DNA of 64,000 bases from an uncultured Verrucomicrobiae bacterium (GTDB lineage: Bacteria; Verrucomicrobiota; Verrucomicrobiia; Chthoniobacterales; JAATET01). The notes under the pieces were generated by a model. That model made no database searches. It worked only from the letters and a program-made list of their open reading frames with translations, and was not told the DNA's origin. Both the position numbers and the translations under genes were made by a program. The stretch lies in assembly GCA_963719495.1 (NCBI GenBank), contig CAVRCI010000004.1:192001-256000 (forward strand), given 5' to 3'. Positions 37,141-47,190 of this stretch are shown here, in pieces (position 1 is the first letter of the stretch; each line of letters starts with the position of its first letter).

Positions 37141-37379
37141 CACGAGAGAGCTGTGCTGCACTCTTCAATGGGGGTCGCGAGACCTTCGATAATGGAGTCC
37201 CGCATTCCCTTCATTGAGGTAAGATAAAAGGTTTCTTCAATTGCGCGCCAGTCGACTTCCGAAATGAGAACCGCGTTACCGCGCTTCCCCGTGATCTGGA
37301 TCGGTTCGTGGGACGATGCGACGTCATCCAATAATTGGTAGATTTTCGTGCGCGCTTCCGTGGCTGTTATCGTCTGCAT
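37137..37379 (-). CDS. yefM: Phd/YefM family antitoxin
   Basis: ITATEAR.KIYQLLDDV..SHEPIQITGKRGNAVLISE.DWRAIEET. Confidence 0.93.
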   Translation of the reverse strand: MQTITATEARTKIYQLLDDVASSHEPIQITGKRGNAVLISEVDWRAIEETFYLTSMKGMRDSIIEGLATPIEECSTALSW

Positions 37380-37425
37380 GCCGAAACGTGCGCTAAAGCG
37401 TGCGGTGATGGCAACTTCGTAGTGG

Positions 37426-37516
37426 GCTCAACGTCAAGCTCAGCCACCCTGAGCGGACGACCGAGCCAACCCCTAGGTGAGCTGCAAGTAACGGGACCGA
37501 GCAACCCCAGCCAGCG
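37426..37516 (-). other. attC site, 3' part (L' GCTGAGC, R' GTTGAGC)
   Basis: Minus strand ...CCGCTCAGGGTG-GCTGAGC-TTGAC-GTTGAGC upstream of yefM; complementary to the 5' part at 36812-36875. Confidence 0.8.
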
Positions 37517-38355
37517 CAAGAATTTGACGGTGAATTGGGAGAGGTTCAGGGCGGCAGCGCGCAGGGAGGGAAAAGCGCGACCGGCGGCGGCGGCAAGGGC
37601 GATTCGGGAGTCGATGCGCTGGTGGCGGCGTTGCGGTTCGGCGATGAGACCGGAAGGGAGGGTCGTTTGGTTGGTTTGAAGGAACTTTGGTGACCGCGGT
37701 CGGGTTTGGCGTTGCCGCTGATCGAGGTGCACGGGTTGCACTTGCCGAAAGTTGCCGGGTGGGATATCCAGTTGCCTGTGAGGAATCGATCGATGGCCGC
37801 AGTCTTGGTCTCGTTTGCGCTGGCGGGCGCGGCGGGTGCGTTCGGTCAGGTCGAATCGATCGTGGCTGGTAAGGAGCGCGGCGAGCGGGGTCTTCCCGCT
37901 TCGGCGGCGGGGCAATTCATTGATTCAGCTGAGGTGCGGGTCGCTGGGCATCGGGATCGGGGGGGCTCCGAGTGTCGTGGCGCTGTTTTTGGTGACCGCG
38001 GGAGGACTGTTGTTTCGATTTGGCGACCGTCTCGCGGAAGGGTTGAGCGGGTTGGTTGGGGGACCGAATTTCGATCAAGTCGGACGAAGGTGGAGTCGGC
38101 GGAGCGGGAGGAGAACCGGAGGTCGCCCGGCCAATCGGCGCTTCGACCGGGATCCGAAGTCTCCGTCGATGATGAGATCCCGTGCGATCATGACCGGTCC
38201 CCGCGCGGCGGGAGACGGGCCGCGAAGCGGTCGCGTCCGAGGTCCCGACCGACTCGGTGCGGCTGGTCCGGGCCGCGTCGGCCGTGGGGGTGCGACCCGG
38301 CTGCGGGGTCGCTCCGGGAGCTCCTCGCGGAAGCGCGGACCCGCATGGTAGGTGC

Positions 38356-38948
38356 GGGTGTGATCGAAAGCGCGTCCTGATCGGAAGAAGAATCTCGTGA
38401 ACGCCAACAACGTCTGACCGAGGGGACGGCAGGAGGCTGGTGACGAGTCCGTGGGAGATCGCCACGGTCCAAGGCCTCGCAGCATCGGGTCTCCCGCCTC
38501 ATCCAGACGCCCCCCCCCAATTCCCGCGGAGTCTACCGATAGAACGTAACGGCCGTTACGTTTTATCGGGAGCAGATTCAATCGTTCGTTCGTTCGTTCG
38601 TTCGTTCGTTCATTCGTTCGCTTGCCACTCCCCGTCCGGGGACCCCCGGATCCGCGGCGTTCCGACGGGCAAGCTCCGGCTCGCCAGCAGTAAGGCACGG
38701 GCTCTTCCGAGGACCTCGCCACCAAGCCATTACCTGTAAAATGTAACGGTCGTCAGATTTTACAGGTAATGGATTGGTGGGGCGCTCTGCCGCCAACTCC
38801 GAGGGTGCCCGGAGATTTGCTTCTCCGCGCGGGTGGTATCATGGCCACCCGAGGTGGCTTTACCCGCGGCTCGACGCGGGCTGGCTCGTTGATCCCAATC
38901 TCACTCGCACCTTTGGGCTCAGCCTTGGACGCACTTTTAATCACACCC
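38356..38948 (-). mobile_element. Non-autonomous transposable element (MITE), copy 2, 593 bp
   Basis: TIRs GGGTGTGATCGAAAGCGCGTCC / GGACGCACTTTTAATCACACCC; exact 9-bp TSD GGTAGGTGC (38347-38355, 38949-38957); colinear with 14855-15316 plus a 142-bp extra segment. Confidence 0.9.
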
Positions 38949-39034
38949 GGTAGGTGCCCGAAAGCGCCTTTGCCATTGCCCGGTTGGCCGTTTCCCGGTA
39001 GTCATTTGCGCGGCCCAGCGTCCCCAATACCCCT

Positions 39035-41119
39035 ATGAACCTAGCAGCATCTTTTCTCACCGCGTCCGCCATTCCGTTTTCGATCCTTTGTGGGCTGGGC
39101 GGTTTGGCCGTGGCGTTCTTCCTCATCAAATCCATCCTCGCGGCTCCGGCTGGGAACGAGAAGATGGCGCAGATCGCGAAGGCGGTGCAGGAGGGCGCGC
39201 AGGCTTACCTGAATCGGCAGATCATCACGATCAGCGCGATTGCGGCGGTCATCTTTGTTCTGCTGCTGATCCTCAAGGATTTTTCGACCGGTCTTGGTTT
39301 CGTGATCGGCGCGGCTTGCTCGCTGGCGGCTGGGTTCGTTGGGATGCGGATCGCGGTGCTGGCGAACGTGCGGACGGCGCAGGCGGCGACGGTCGGTCGG
39401 TTCGAAGCGCTGAAGGTGGCGTTCAACGGCGGGGCGGTGACGGGGTTGCTCGTGGTCGGGCTCGCGCTGTTGGCCGTGGGTGGATACTTCGCTCTGGCGA
39501 ACGCGGTGCTCGGGATGGGACCCGCGATCACGAGCTTGATCGGGCTGGCTTTGGGCTCGAGTTTGATTTCGGTCTTTGCGCGGCTCGGGGGCGGCATCTA
39601 CACGAAGGCGGCGGATGTCGGCGCGGATCTGGTGGGGAAGATCGAAAGTAATCTCGACGAGGATGATCCCCGGAATCCGGCGACGATCGCGGACAACGTG
39701 GGCGATAACGTCGGGGATTGCGCGGGCATGGCGGCGGACGTGTTCGAGACTTACGCGGTGAGTCTGATCGGCGCGATGCTGGTCGGGTTCCTGCTCATGC
39801 CGGATCTGGCGCACGAGGCGATCTCGTATCCGTTCCTGATCGGTGGCGTTTCGTTGATCGGGTCGGTGCTGGGCATTTTCTTCGTGAACAAATTCCGGGG
39901 TAATGCCTCGGTTTCCCTGATGACGTCCGTGGCGGTGAGCGCGGTGGTGTCGGCGGTGCTCTACATCCCGGTCACGTTCGGGCTTTTCCCGGCGGTGTTC
40001 ACGGTCGGCGGTGAGATCTACACGCGCGGCGGCCTCTACTGGTGCGCGATCATCGGGTTGGTGCTGACGGGTGCGATCGTTCTGATCACGAATTATTTCA
40101 CGTCCACGAAATACTATCCGGTGAAAAAAATCGCGCGCGCCTCGGAGACGGGTCACGCCACGAACATCATCGCCGGACTGGCGGTGGGGAATCACGCCAC
40201 GGCGGCGCCGGTCATTCTGATCGTCATCGCTATTCTGATGAGCTTCTCGTTCGGTGGGTTGTTCGGCGTCGCGGTCGCGGTGATGAGCATGTTGTCGCTG
40301 TCGGGGATCATCATTTCGCTCGATGCGTTTGGGCCGATCACGGACAACGCCGGTGGGATCGCGGTGATGAGCGAGATGGATCCGGAGGTTCGCGAAATCA
40401 CGGATGATCTCGACGCGGTCGGGAATACGATGAAGGCCGTGACCAAGGGCTACGCGATCGCGTCGGCCGGGTTGGCGGCGTTGGTTCTCTTCGGGTCCTA
40501 CGTTTACGAATTGCGGGCTCACCTCGCGGAGACCGCTCCGGCGATGTTGGACGGGCTGACGTTTTCGCTGATGGATCCCCGGGTGCTCACGGGATTGTTG
40601 ATCGGCGGTTTGCTGCCCTACGTGTTCTCGGCGTTCAGCATGGACGCGGTCGGCAAGACGGCGGGTGCGGTCGTGGTCGAGGTGCGGCGTCAGCTCGAGG
40701 CGAAGCCGGGGATTTTGCGGGGTGAGGAGTTGCCGGATTACGGACGGTGCGTGGCGATCGTGACGGGCGCGGCGCTGCGCGAGATGATCGTGCCGGCTTT
40801 GTTGCCAATCGTGGTGGTGGTGCTGGTCGCAGCGATTCCGGGTCTTGGGATGCTGGCGCTGGGTGGAATGCTCTTGGGCACGATTGTGACGGGGTTGTTT
40901 CAGGCGATTGCGATGACTTCGAGCGGCGGGGCCTGGGACAACGCCAAGAAATACATCGAAGAGGGAAATCTCGGTGGCAAGGGTTCGCCGGCGCACGCCG
41001 CGGCGGTGACTGGTGATACGGTGGGTGATCCCTACAAGGATACTTCCGGGCCGGCGATCAATCCGATGATCAAGGTCGTGAACATCGTGGCGATCTTGCT
41101 GATTCCGGTGTTTTTCTGA
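39035..41119 (+). CDS. hppA: Membrane H+-translocating pyrophosphatase, probably K+-independent
   Basis: [53 protein letters not shown] has Lys at the K+-dependence position. Confidence 0.95.
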   Translation: MNLAASFLTASAIPFSILCGLGGLAVAFFLIKSILAAPAGNEKMAQIAKAVQEGAQAYLNRQIITISAIAAVIFVLLLILKDFSTGLGFVIGAACSLAAGFVGMRIAVLANVRTAQAATVGRFEALKVAFNGGAVTGLLVVGLALLAVGGYFALANAVLGMGPAITSLIGLALGSSLISVFARLGGGIYTKAADVGADLVGKIESNLDEDDPRNPATIADNVGDNVGDCAGMAADVFETYAVSLIGAMLVGFLLMPDLAHEAISYPFLIGGVSLIGSVLGIFFVNKFRGNASVSLMTSVAVSAVVSAVLYIPVTFGLFPAVFTVGGEIYTRGGLYWCAIIGLVLTGAIVLITNYFTSTKYYPVKKIARASETGHATNIIAGLAVGNHATAAPVILIVIAILMSFSFGGLFGVAVAVMSMLSLSGIIISLDAFGPITDNAGGIAVMSEMDPEVREITDDLDAVGNTMKAVTKGYAIASAGLAALVLFGSYVYELRAHLAETAPAMLDGLTFSLMDPRVLTGLLIGGLLPYVFSAFSMDAVGKTAGAVVVEVRRQLEAKPGILRGEELPDYGRCVAIVTGAALREMIVPALLPIVVVVLVAAIPGLGMLALGGMLLGTIVTGLFQAIAMTSSGGAWDNAKKYIEEGNLGGKGSPAHAAAVTGDTVGDPYKDTSGPAINPMIKVVNIVAILLIPVFF

Positions 41120-41225
41120 TTCGCTGAACGACGGTTGCTTGGTCGTCCATTTTTGGTGGGGGGAGTGTCCGGCTGGGGCCGGATTGGGTTGGGTCGGCAG
41201 CCGGAGTGGAGCGGAGACGGGCGAA

Positions 41226-41362
41226 GCCAATTGCAAATCGCCGCTTCTCGAGATTTGGCTCTCTCGCTTCGCTCGATTTGCCGGGTTGCAGCGGCGGGAC
41301 GCCGCTGCTCGCACGCGGGGACGCGCGCGCTCCCCGGTTCGGCGGCTGGAAGCCGCGGCTCC
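41226..41362. repeat. Composite REP-like hairpin element
   Basis: Same module order as 24690-24800; lies between convergent genes. Confidence 0.75.
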
Positions 41363-41372
41363 TCGAATTGCT

Positions 41373-41738
41373 TTAGCCGAAGATGGATTTTTTGGGGTGG
41401 TTGATCAGGAGGGCCAGGAAGGTGAGGTCTTCGGGGCCGGGGTTGCGGATGGCGAGTTGGTGGTTTGGGGGGGCTTGGAGGGTGTCGTGGGGGGTGAGGG
41501 TGTGGCGGTTTTCGCCGTCGAGGACCTCGGCGGTGCCGGTGAGGATGATGAAGATTTCCTCGGTGTTGGGGTGGGACTTCGGGCCCCAGCTGGCTCCGGG
41601 GGGCAGGCGGTTGATGGCGAGTGGTCCCAGGGGCGAACGGTTTTCTCCGCGGGTGAGGTAGCGGGAGAAGGCTTCGCCGTGGCCGCCTCGGACGGCAGTG
41701 GCGGTGTGTTCGGGTCGGTCGGCGGCTCGGATGATCAT
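41373..41738 (-). CDS. Cupin domain protein
   Basis: LPPGAS.G.KSHPNTEEIFIIL.G...V.DG...L..HD....PP..QLAIRNPG motif. Confidence 0.85.
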   Translation of the reverse strand: MIIRAADRPEHTATAVRGGHGEAFSRYLTRGENRSPLGPLAINRLPPGASWGPKSHPNTEEIFIILTGTAEVLDGENRHTLTPHDTLQAPPNHQLAIRNPGPEDLTFLALLINHPKKSIFG

Positions 41739-42136
41739 TCGGTGATGAAGTCTTCCGGTGGGGCGACGGCGAGTCCTTGCGGCGTGATTTGCCACCGGAG
41801 ATCCATCGACTCGCAAAATTTATCGAGCGCGGTGAGGAAAGTATCGTTTTCGAACGTGATCGAGACGGCTTGTGGTCCCCCGGTGAGATACTTGGTGAAC
41901 AGGCTGGTCGTGATGGGAATATCGGCGATGCGGTGCAGGTGATAAAGCCAATCAACGATGGCGCCCGGGCGGGCGTCGACGTAGACGTGATCGGGGACGC
42001 GGATCGACGCGAGTGAGGGGATCAATCGCCCGTAGATTTCGCTCGATGAAGATGGCGGGACCTCGCGGGTGCCAGCGGCCAGCCCGCTGGCGGCGAGGCT
42101 GATAAGGACGAGGGAGGCGAGAGTGGCGACTTTCAT
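41735..42136 (-). CDS. Hypothetical secreted protein (STN-like C-terminus)
   Basis: Signal peptide MKVATLASLVLISLAAS; VSITFEN.TF..ALD.FC....LRWQI pattern; ATGA overlap with the cupin gene. Confidence 0.6.
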   Translation of the reverse strand: MKVATLASLVLISLAASGLAAGTREVPPSSSSEIYGRLIPSLASIRVPDHVYVDARPGAIVDWLYHLHRIADIPITTSLFTKYLTGGPQAVSITFENDTFLTALDKFCESMDLRWQITPQGLAVAPPEDFITE

Positions 42137-42165
42137 TTCTCTTCCCCAACTGATATCGCCTTCGG

Positions 42166-42888
42166 ATGAAGACGGCGAGGGAGTTGATTCGAGCGGCGGG
42201 GGAATTGCGGGACGCGGTGGATGGGATGACTTTTGCGGCGCCGGTGACGCACGTTTATAATCCGCTGCGTTACGCCTGGGATTCGCACCGGTCGTTTCTC
42301 GAACGGTTTGGGACGGGGCGGAGGCGGGTGGTTTTTCTGGGAATGAACCCGGGGCCGTTCGGGATGGCGCAGACGGGGGTGCCGTTTGGCGAGGTGGCGG
42401 CGGTGCGGGATTGGATGGGAATCGGCGGGGCGGTGGGCAAGCCGCCGGTGGAGCATCCGAAGCGGTTGGTCGAGGGTTTCGCATGCGGGAAGGCGGAGGT
42501 GAGCGGTCGGCGGCTGTGGGGAATGATGGCGGAGCGGTTTGGGACGGCGGACGAGTTTTTTAGGGAGCACTTCGTGGTGAACTATTGCCCGCTGGTCTTC
42601 ATGGAAGAGACCGGGCGGAACCGGACGCCGGACAAGTTGCCGGCTCCCGAGCGGGCGGCGTTGGGCGCGGCCTGTGATGCGCATCTGTCGACGGTGGTCG
42701 CGGCGTTGGAGCCGGAGTGGTGCGTGGGGGTGGGGGCCTACGCGACGGATTGTCTGCGGCGGGTGGTGCCGGAGGGGGCGCGGATCTCGACGGTCCTGCA
42801 TCCGAGTCCGGCTTCGCCGGCGGCGAACCGCGGATGGGCGGAGGCGGCGGCGCGGCAGATGGTGGAGGCGGGCGTTTGGGCGCGGTGA
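42166..42888 (+). CDS. SMUG1-type (family 3) uracil-DNA glycosylase
   Basis: GMNPGPFGMAQTGVPFG, EVSGRRLW, NYCPL.F, HPSPASP motifs. Confidence 0.93.
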   Translation: MKTARELIRAAGELRDAVDGMTFAAPVTHVYNPLRYAWDSHRSFLERFGTGRRRVVFLGMNPGPFGMAQTGVPFGEVAAVRDWMGIGGAVGKPPVEHPKRLVEGFACGKAEVSGRRLWGMMAERFGTADEFFREHFVVNYCPLVFMEETGRNRTPDKLPAPERAALGAACDAHLSTVVAALEPEWCVGVGAYATDCLRRVVPEGARISTVLHPSPASPAANRGWAEAAARQMVEAGVWAR

Positions 42889-42998
42889 TTGGCCGCGAAG
42901 AGGCGCAGAAGGCGCAAGAGGGACGGTGCCGAGTGTGGTGGTTTCAGATTTTTGCGACTTCCGCGTTTTTTTGAGGCTCGGGAATTTAGTGTAAGTCA

Positions 42999-43026
42999 GA
43001 GATCCTTCACTTCGTTCAGGATGACA
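42999..43026. repeat. REP-like unit GAGATCCTTCACTTCGTTCAGGATGACA, copy 2
   Basis: Near-identical to 12171-12198. Confidence 0.65.
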
Positions 43027-43047
43027 GGGGGGAATGGGGAACGCGTT

Positions 43048-43503
43048 TTAGGGGGCTAGGTTGAGTTGGGGGAGGGTTTCCGGACTCCAGGGGTTGATGG
43101 TGTAATCGGAGTGGCGGATCGTGGCGGCCCGGTCGTGGCAGAGCTGGAGGGCGGTGTTTACGTCGAAGCCGTGATGGTGCGGGACAAACGGGGTGAGGTT
43201 TTTGGCGGCCAGGTCGAAGAGGCGGGTGGCTGGTGGAAGGCGGCGGCCGTGGATGCGGTGGGTGGGGTGATTGTGTTGGTGGCGGAGGTGGACGAAGGCT
43301 CCGGCCAGCTGGATGAGGCCTTTGTAGTAGGTCCAGTCGCTGCCGGTCGTCGCCAGCCAGAGCTGCTCGAGGACGTCGTGGGCTTCGTAGTATTCGCCGC
43401 GATTGAAGCAGGTGAAGTAGCCGGCGTAGCAGGGGTGCCACTGGCCGGACGGCTGGGTGTCGAGGGAATCGACGAAGCTCTGGACGCGGTCGGATTTTTT
43501 CAT
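43048..43503 (-). CDS. DUF309 family protein
   Basis: FNRGEYYEAHDVLEQLW, YKGLIQLAGAFVH motifs. Confidence 0.9.
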   Translation of the reverse strand: MKKSDRVQSFVDSLDTQPSGQWHPCYAGYFTCFNRGEYYEAHDVLEQLWLATTGSDWTYYKGLIQLAGAFVHLRHQHNHPTHRIHGRRLPPATRLFDLAAKNLTPFVPHHHGFDVNTALQLCHDRAATIRHSDYTINPWSPETLPQLNLAP

Positions 43504-43628
43504 GGGCGAGTCGGGGATGGGCGGTGTTAAGTGATGGCGTTGCAGAAACCGCTTTTCTACTCGTGCCAAACGATCCGGGGGACCGCCAGTAGGGCGGCTG
43601 ATCCGGTCACCGGGGCCGATGCCTTCCG

Positions 43629-44921
43629 ATGAGCTGGAGCCACGCGGTATTGATTGGATGCGGGATCCTGCTGGGTGTGGGTTCGGCGGCGTTTTCGGCT
43701 TTCGAGACTTCGATCTTCTCGCTGAACGAGGAACGGCGCAAGAAACTGCGTTCGCGGGCTCCGAAGCGGGCCGACGCGCTCTCCGAGTTGCTGGACCGGC
43801 CGGACGAGGTGGTGAATTCCATGCTGTTGGCCAATACGGTGATGAATCTGCCGCTGATCGTGGTGATTCTCTTCCTGTTGGAAGATTTTCGGGTGGCGGG
43901 GGATGGGCTCGGTTGGACCCTGGTGTTGGTGATTTTTGGAGTGATCATCGTCTGCTGCGATTTGCTGCCGAAACTGATCGCGCTGGCGGCTCCGGTTCGC
44001 ACGGCGCGGATCGGGATTCCGCTGATTCAATCCGTGGTGCCCGTGTTGGCTCCGATCTGCGGGGGGCTGCAGAGATTTTGCGAGCGGATCGTCAAGGTGG
44101 TGGTGCCGCGGAGATTCGCTCCGATGCCGCATCTCACCGACGCCGAGCTGGAGACGCTCGTCGAGATTGGGCGTTCGGAGGGGACGATCGAGGAATCGGA
44201 GAGTCGCCTCATTGGTGAATTGATGAAGCTGGCCGAGGAGCCCGCGAAGCACTGCATGACGCCGCGGGTCGACGTGTTTTTTCTGCCCGACGATCTCACG
44301 AACGAGGAGGTGGCCGAGGCGGTGAGGCGAAAGCGCTACCGCCGGGTGCTGGTGCGGGGTGAGACGCCGGACGACGTGCTGGGGCTGCTGGACGTGAAGC
44401 AGTTCCTGCTCGAGCCGGACCGGCCCTACCTCGAGCAACTGGTCCCGCCGTCCTACGTGCCGGAGACGATCAATGCGCTCGAATTGCTGAAGTCGTTCCT
44501 GAATCGGCGGCAACATTTCGCGCTGCTGGTCGACGAATTCGGTGGCATCGAGGGGATCGTGACGCTGTCGGATTTCGTGGAGGAATTGCTCGGCGAGGAG
44601 GGGCCTGATTCCGGGACGGAACTCTACATCGAGTCGCTGGGCAACGACCGGATCGTGGCGGCGGGCAGTGCGCGAATGGACGATCTGCGGGAAATGCTCG
44701 GCTGGGAGGGTGAGGAGGCCGGGATCGATTCGATCGGTGGATTCGTGGTCGAGCATCTTGGGTTCCTGCCGCGGCCGGGGACGGTCCTGTCGGTCGACGG
44801 GCAACGGATCACGGTGCGACGGGCGACGCGGAAGCGGATCAAGGAAGTTCTCATCGAGCCGGCGCCCGAGACGGTGGCGGACGAGCTTCCGGAGACGCCG
44901 GACGAGGGGGGCGGATCGTGA
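43629..44921 (+). CDS. Hemolysin/CNNM family protein (DUF21-CBS-CorC)
   Basis: SAAFSAFETSIFSL, MTPRVDV, VDEFGGIEGIVT..D.VEELLGE, C-terminal CorC domain. Confidence 0.92.
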   Translation: MSWSHAVLIGCGILLGVGSAAFSAFETSIFSLNEERRKKLRSRAPKRADALSELLDRPDEVVNSMLLANTVMNLPLIVVILFLLEDFRVAGDGLGWTLVLVIFGVIIVCCDLLPKLIALAAPVRTARIGIPLIQSVVPVLAPICGGLQRFCERIVKVVVPRRFAPMPHLTDAELETLVEIGRSEGTIEESESRLIGELMKLAEEPAKHCMTPRVDVFFLPDDLTNEEVAEAVRRKRYRRVLVRGETPDDVLGLLDVKQFLLEPDRPYLEQLVPPSYVPETINALELLKSFLNRRQHFALLVDEFGGIEGIVTLSDFVEELLGEEGPDSGTELYIESLGNDRIVAAGSARMDDLREMLGWEGEEAGIDSIGGFVVEHLGFLPRPGTVLSVDGQRITVRRATRKRIKEVLIEPAPETVADELPETPDEGGGS

Positions 44922-45868
44922 TCTGGCTGGCCATCGCCGCCTGCCTCGCGATCTCGTTCACGTTCTCGGGAATCGAATCGGGTGTGCTGTCGGTCAACCG
45001 GGTTCGGCTCCGGCACTACGCGCTGCGTGGCGAGCAGGCGGCGCTGCAACTGGACGCGCTGCTGATGCGGATCGAGCGGCTGATGATCACGGTCGTGCTG
45101 GTGACGAATGCGACGAACGTGCTGGCGGTCGCGCTGCTTTATTCCGAGGTGACGCGTTGGCTGGGGGGCGGTGGGGCGGTGCTCGTCGTCGTGATCCTGC
45201 TGCCGGTGTTCGTGGTTTTACTGGAATTCCTACCCAAGGCGATTTTTCGACAATTTCCCTACCGGACGCTGGTGGTGTTCGCCCGGATTCTGACGGTCAC
45301 GCATTTCGGGTTGGGACCGCTGGTGAACGCGGGGGCGTGGGTGCTACGACCGGTCTTCCGGGCCGGTCGCGAGCCGCGGCGGCGGGGCTTGGTGGGGATC
45401 GAGGATCTCAAGCGGGTCGTTGCGGACAGCGCGGAGCGGGGGCAGATGACGGAGCAGGAGCGGAGCTTCATTCAGAATGTGATCGACTTCCGCGAGGCGA
45501 AGGTGCGGGACGTGATGCTGCGGATGGAGCAGAGCTCGGGCGTGAAGCCGGAGACGACGGTCGCCGAGGTGTTGGAGCTGGCTCGGGAGACGGAGGCGGA
45601 TCGCTTCCCGGTGGTCGAGGAGGACGGTGGGGTGTCGGGGGTGGTGCGGGTCTTCGATCTGCTGCGGGATGACGTGCGGACGGGGCGGGCGAAATCCTAC
45701 GCGCGGCGCCCGGTGACGGTGGCGGTCGACGAGCGGGCGATCGAGGCGCTGCGGAGGCTGCGGGCGGCGCGCATGCAGATGGGGGTGGTCGTGGGAGCGG
45801 ACGGGCGGCCGACGGGGACGGTGCGGACGGAGGCGCTGGTCAGGCGGCTGCTGGTCGGCCGAGGATAG
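44918..45868 (+). CDS. CNNM (DUF21)-CBS domain protein
   Basis: SFTFSGIESG.LSVNRVRL, EFLPKAIF, CBS pair; overlaps the upstream paralog. Confidence 0.9.
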   Translation: MIWLAIAACLAISFTFSGIESGVLSVNRVRLRHYALRGEQAALQLDALLMRIERLMITVVLVTNATNVLAVALLYSEVTRWLGGGGAVLVVVILLPVFVVLLEFLPKAIFRQFPYRTLVVFARILTVTHFGLGPLVNAGAWVLRPVFRAGREPRRRGLVGIEDLKRVVADSAERGQMTEQERSFIQNVIDFREAKVRDVMLRMEQSSGVKPETTVAEVLELARETEADRFPVVEEDGGVSGVVRVFDLLRDDVRTGRAKSYARRPVTVAVDERAIEALRRLRAARMQMGVVVGADGRPTGTVRTEALVRRLLVGRG

Positions 45869-45981
45869 AGCCAGGCGTGGAAGTGCGCTGGCGCGGGTTG
45901 CCGGGGAAGTGCGGGTTGCCTTCGGATTTTCTTGGTGACGTGTCTTGCGCGGGCGGGGCGGATGTCTTTTATTGGGCGGCT

Positions 45982-47133
45982 ATGTCGTCACCCGAAGCTG
46001 CTGCCGTTTATTCCCGCAAGAACCCGTTTCCCGCTCCGATGACCACGAATCGGAGCCTGACCCTGGAAGGTTCGGGGAAGGATACGCGGCATTTCGAGAT
46101 CTCGCTGGAGGGGTCGGGACTTTCCTACGAAGTGGGGGATTCGCTCGGCGTGTTTCCGAAGAACGATCCGGCGCTGGTCGATCAGATTCTGGAGCGGCTG
46201 GGATTCTCCGGAGACGAGCCGGTGCCGAATCCGGCCGGGGAAACGGTGCCGATCCGGCAGGCTCTGATCGAGAGCTACATCATCACCGCGCCGTCGAAGC
46301 AGCTGCTCACGGCGATCGCCGAGAAGGACTCGAGCGCGGTATTTCTGAAGGATCTGCTGGATCCGCTGGTGAAGACCGAACTGGACACCTGGCTCTGGGG
46401 CCGCGACGTGCTGGATGCGTTGCAGGAATTCACGGCGGCGCAGTTTACGCCGGAAGAATTCGTCAAGGTGCTTCGCAAGCTCCAGGCTCGGCTTTATTCG
46501 ATTGCGTCGTCGCAGAAGGTGGTGGGCGAGTCGGTGCATCTCACGGTCGCGCTGGTCCGCTACCACGCATTGAACCGGGATCGCACGGGCGTCGCGTCCG
46601 TCTATCTCGGCGAGCGCACGGCGGATCCGGAGCGGATTGCCGTTTTCGTTCACAACGCGAAGCACTTCCGCGTGCCGGAGGACCCGGCGACGGACATGAT
46701 CATGGTCGGACCGGGGACGGGGATCGCGCCGTTTCGCGCGATGCTGCAGGAGCGGAAGGCCTCGGGCGCTTCGGGGCGAAATTGGTTGTTCTTCGGGGAG
46801 CAGCGCTCGACGACGGATTTCCTGTATCGCGAGGAGTTCGAGGCCTACGAAGCCGACGGTTCGTTGCACCGCTTCGACACGGCGTTTTCGCGGGACCAGG
46901 ATTACAAGATCTACGTTCAGCATCGCATCCTCGAGCAGGCCGATGAATTGTTCGCCTGGCTGGAGGGCGGGGCTTCGTTTTACGTGTGCGGCGACGCGGC
47001 GCGGATGGCGAAGGACGTCGATACGGCGCTTCACGAAGTCGTCGAGCGGGCCGGTGGCAAGACGAAGGAAGAGGCGATCGAATACATCGACGCTCTGAAG
47101 AAGGCGAAACGCTACAAGAAGGATGTTTATTAG
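45982..47133 (+). CDS. cysJ: Sulfite reductase flavoprotein-like oxidoreductase (FAD/NADPH module only)
   Basis: YSRKNPF, RLYSIASS, GPGTGIAPFR, AFSRDQ..KIYVQ, YVCGDA..MAKDV, RYKKDVY; no flavodoxin domain. Confidence 0.85.
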   Translation: MSSPEAAAVYSRKNPFPAPMTTNRSLTLEGSGKDTRHFEISLEGSGLSYEVGDSLGVFPKNDPALVDQILERLGFSGDEPVPNPAGETVPIRQALIESYIITAPSKQLLTAIAEKDSSAVFLKDLLDPLVKTELDTWLWGRDVLDALQEFTAAQFTPEEFVKVLRKLQARLYSIASSQKVVGESVHLTVALVRYHALNRDRTGVASVYLGERTADPERIAVFVHNAKHFRVPEDPATDMIMVGPGTGIAPFRAMLQERKASGASGRNWLFFGEQRSTTDFLYREEFEAYEADGSLHRFDTAFSRDQDYKIYVQHRILEQADELFAWLEGGASFYVCGDAARMAKDVDTALHEVVERAGGKTKEEAIEYIDALKKAKRYKKDVY

Positions 47134-47190
47134 TCCGAAGGTCCCAAGGTCGAAGGTCGGAAGGTCGAAATCCTGAATTCGGAAGTCGTC

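Noticed and set aside
37520..38346. Several overlapping ORFs with hydrophobic stretches
   Set aside because: No frame gives a coherent recognisable protein; possibly a decayed gene but unsupported.
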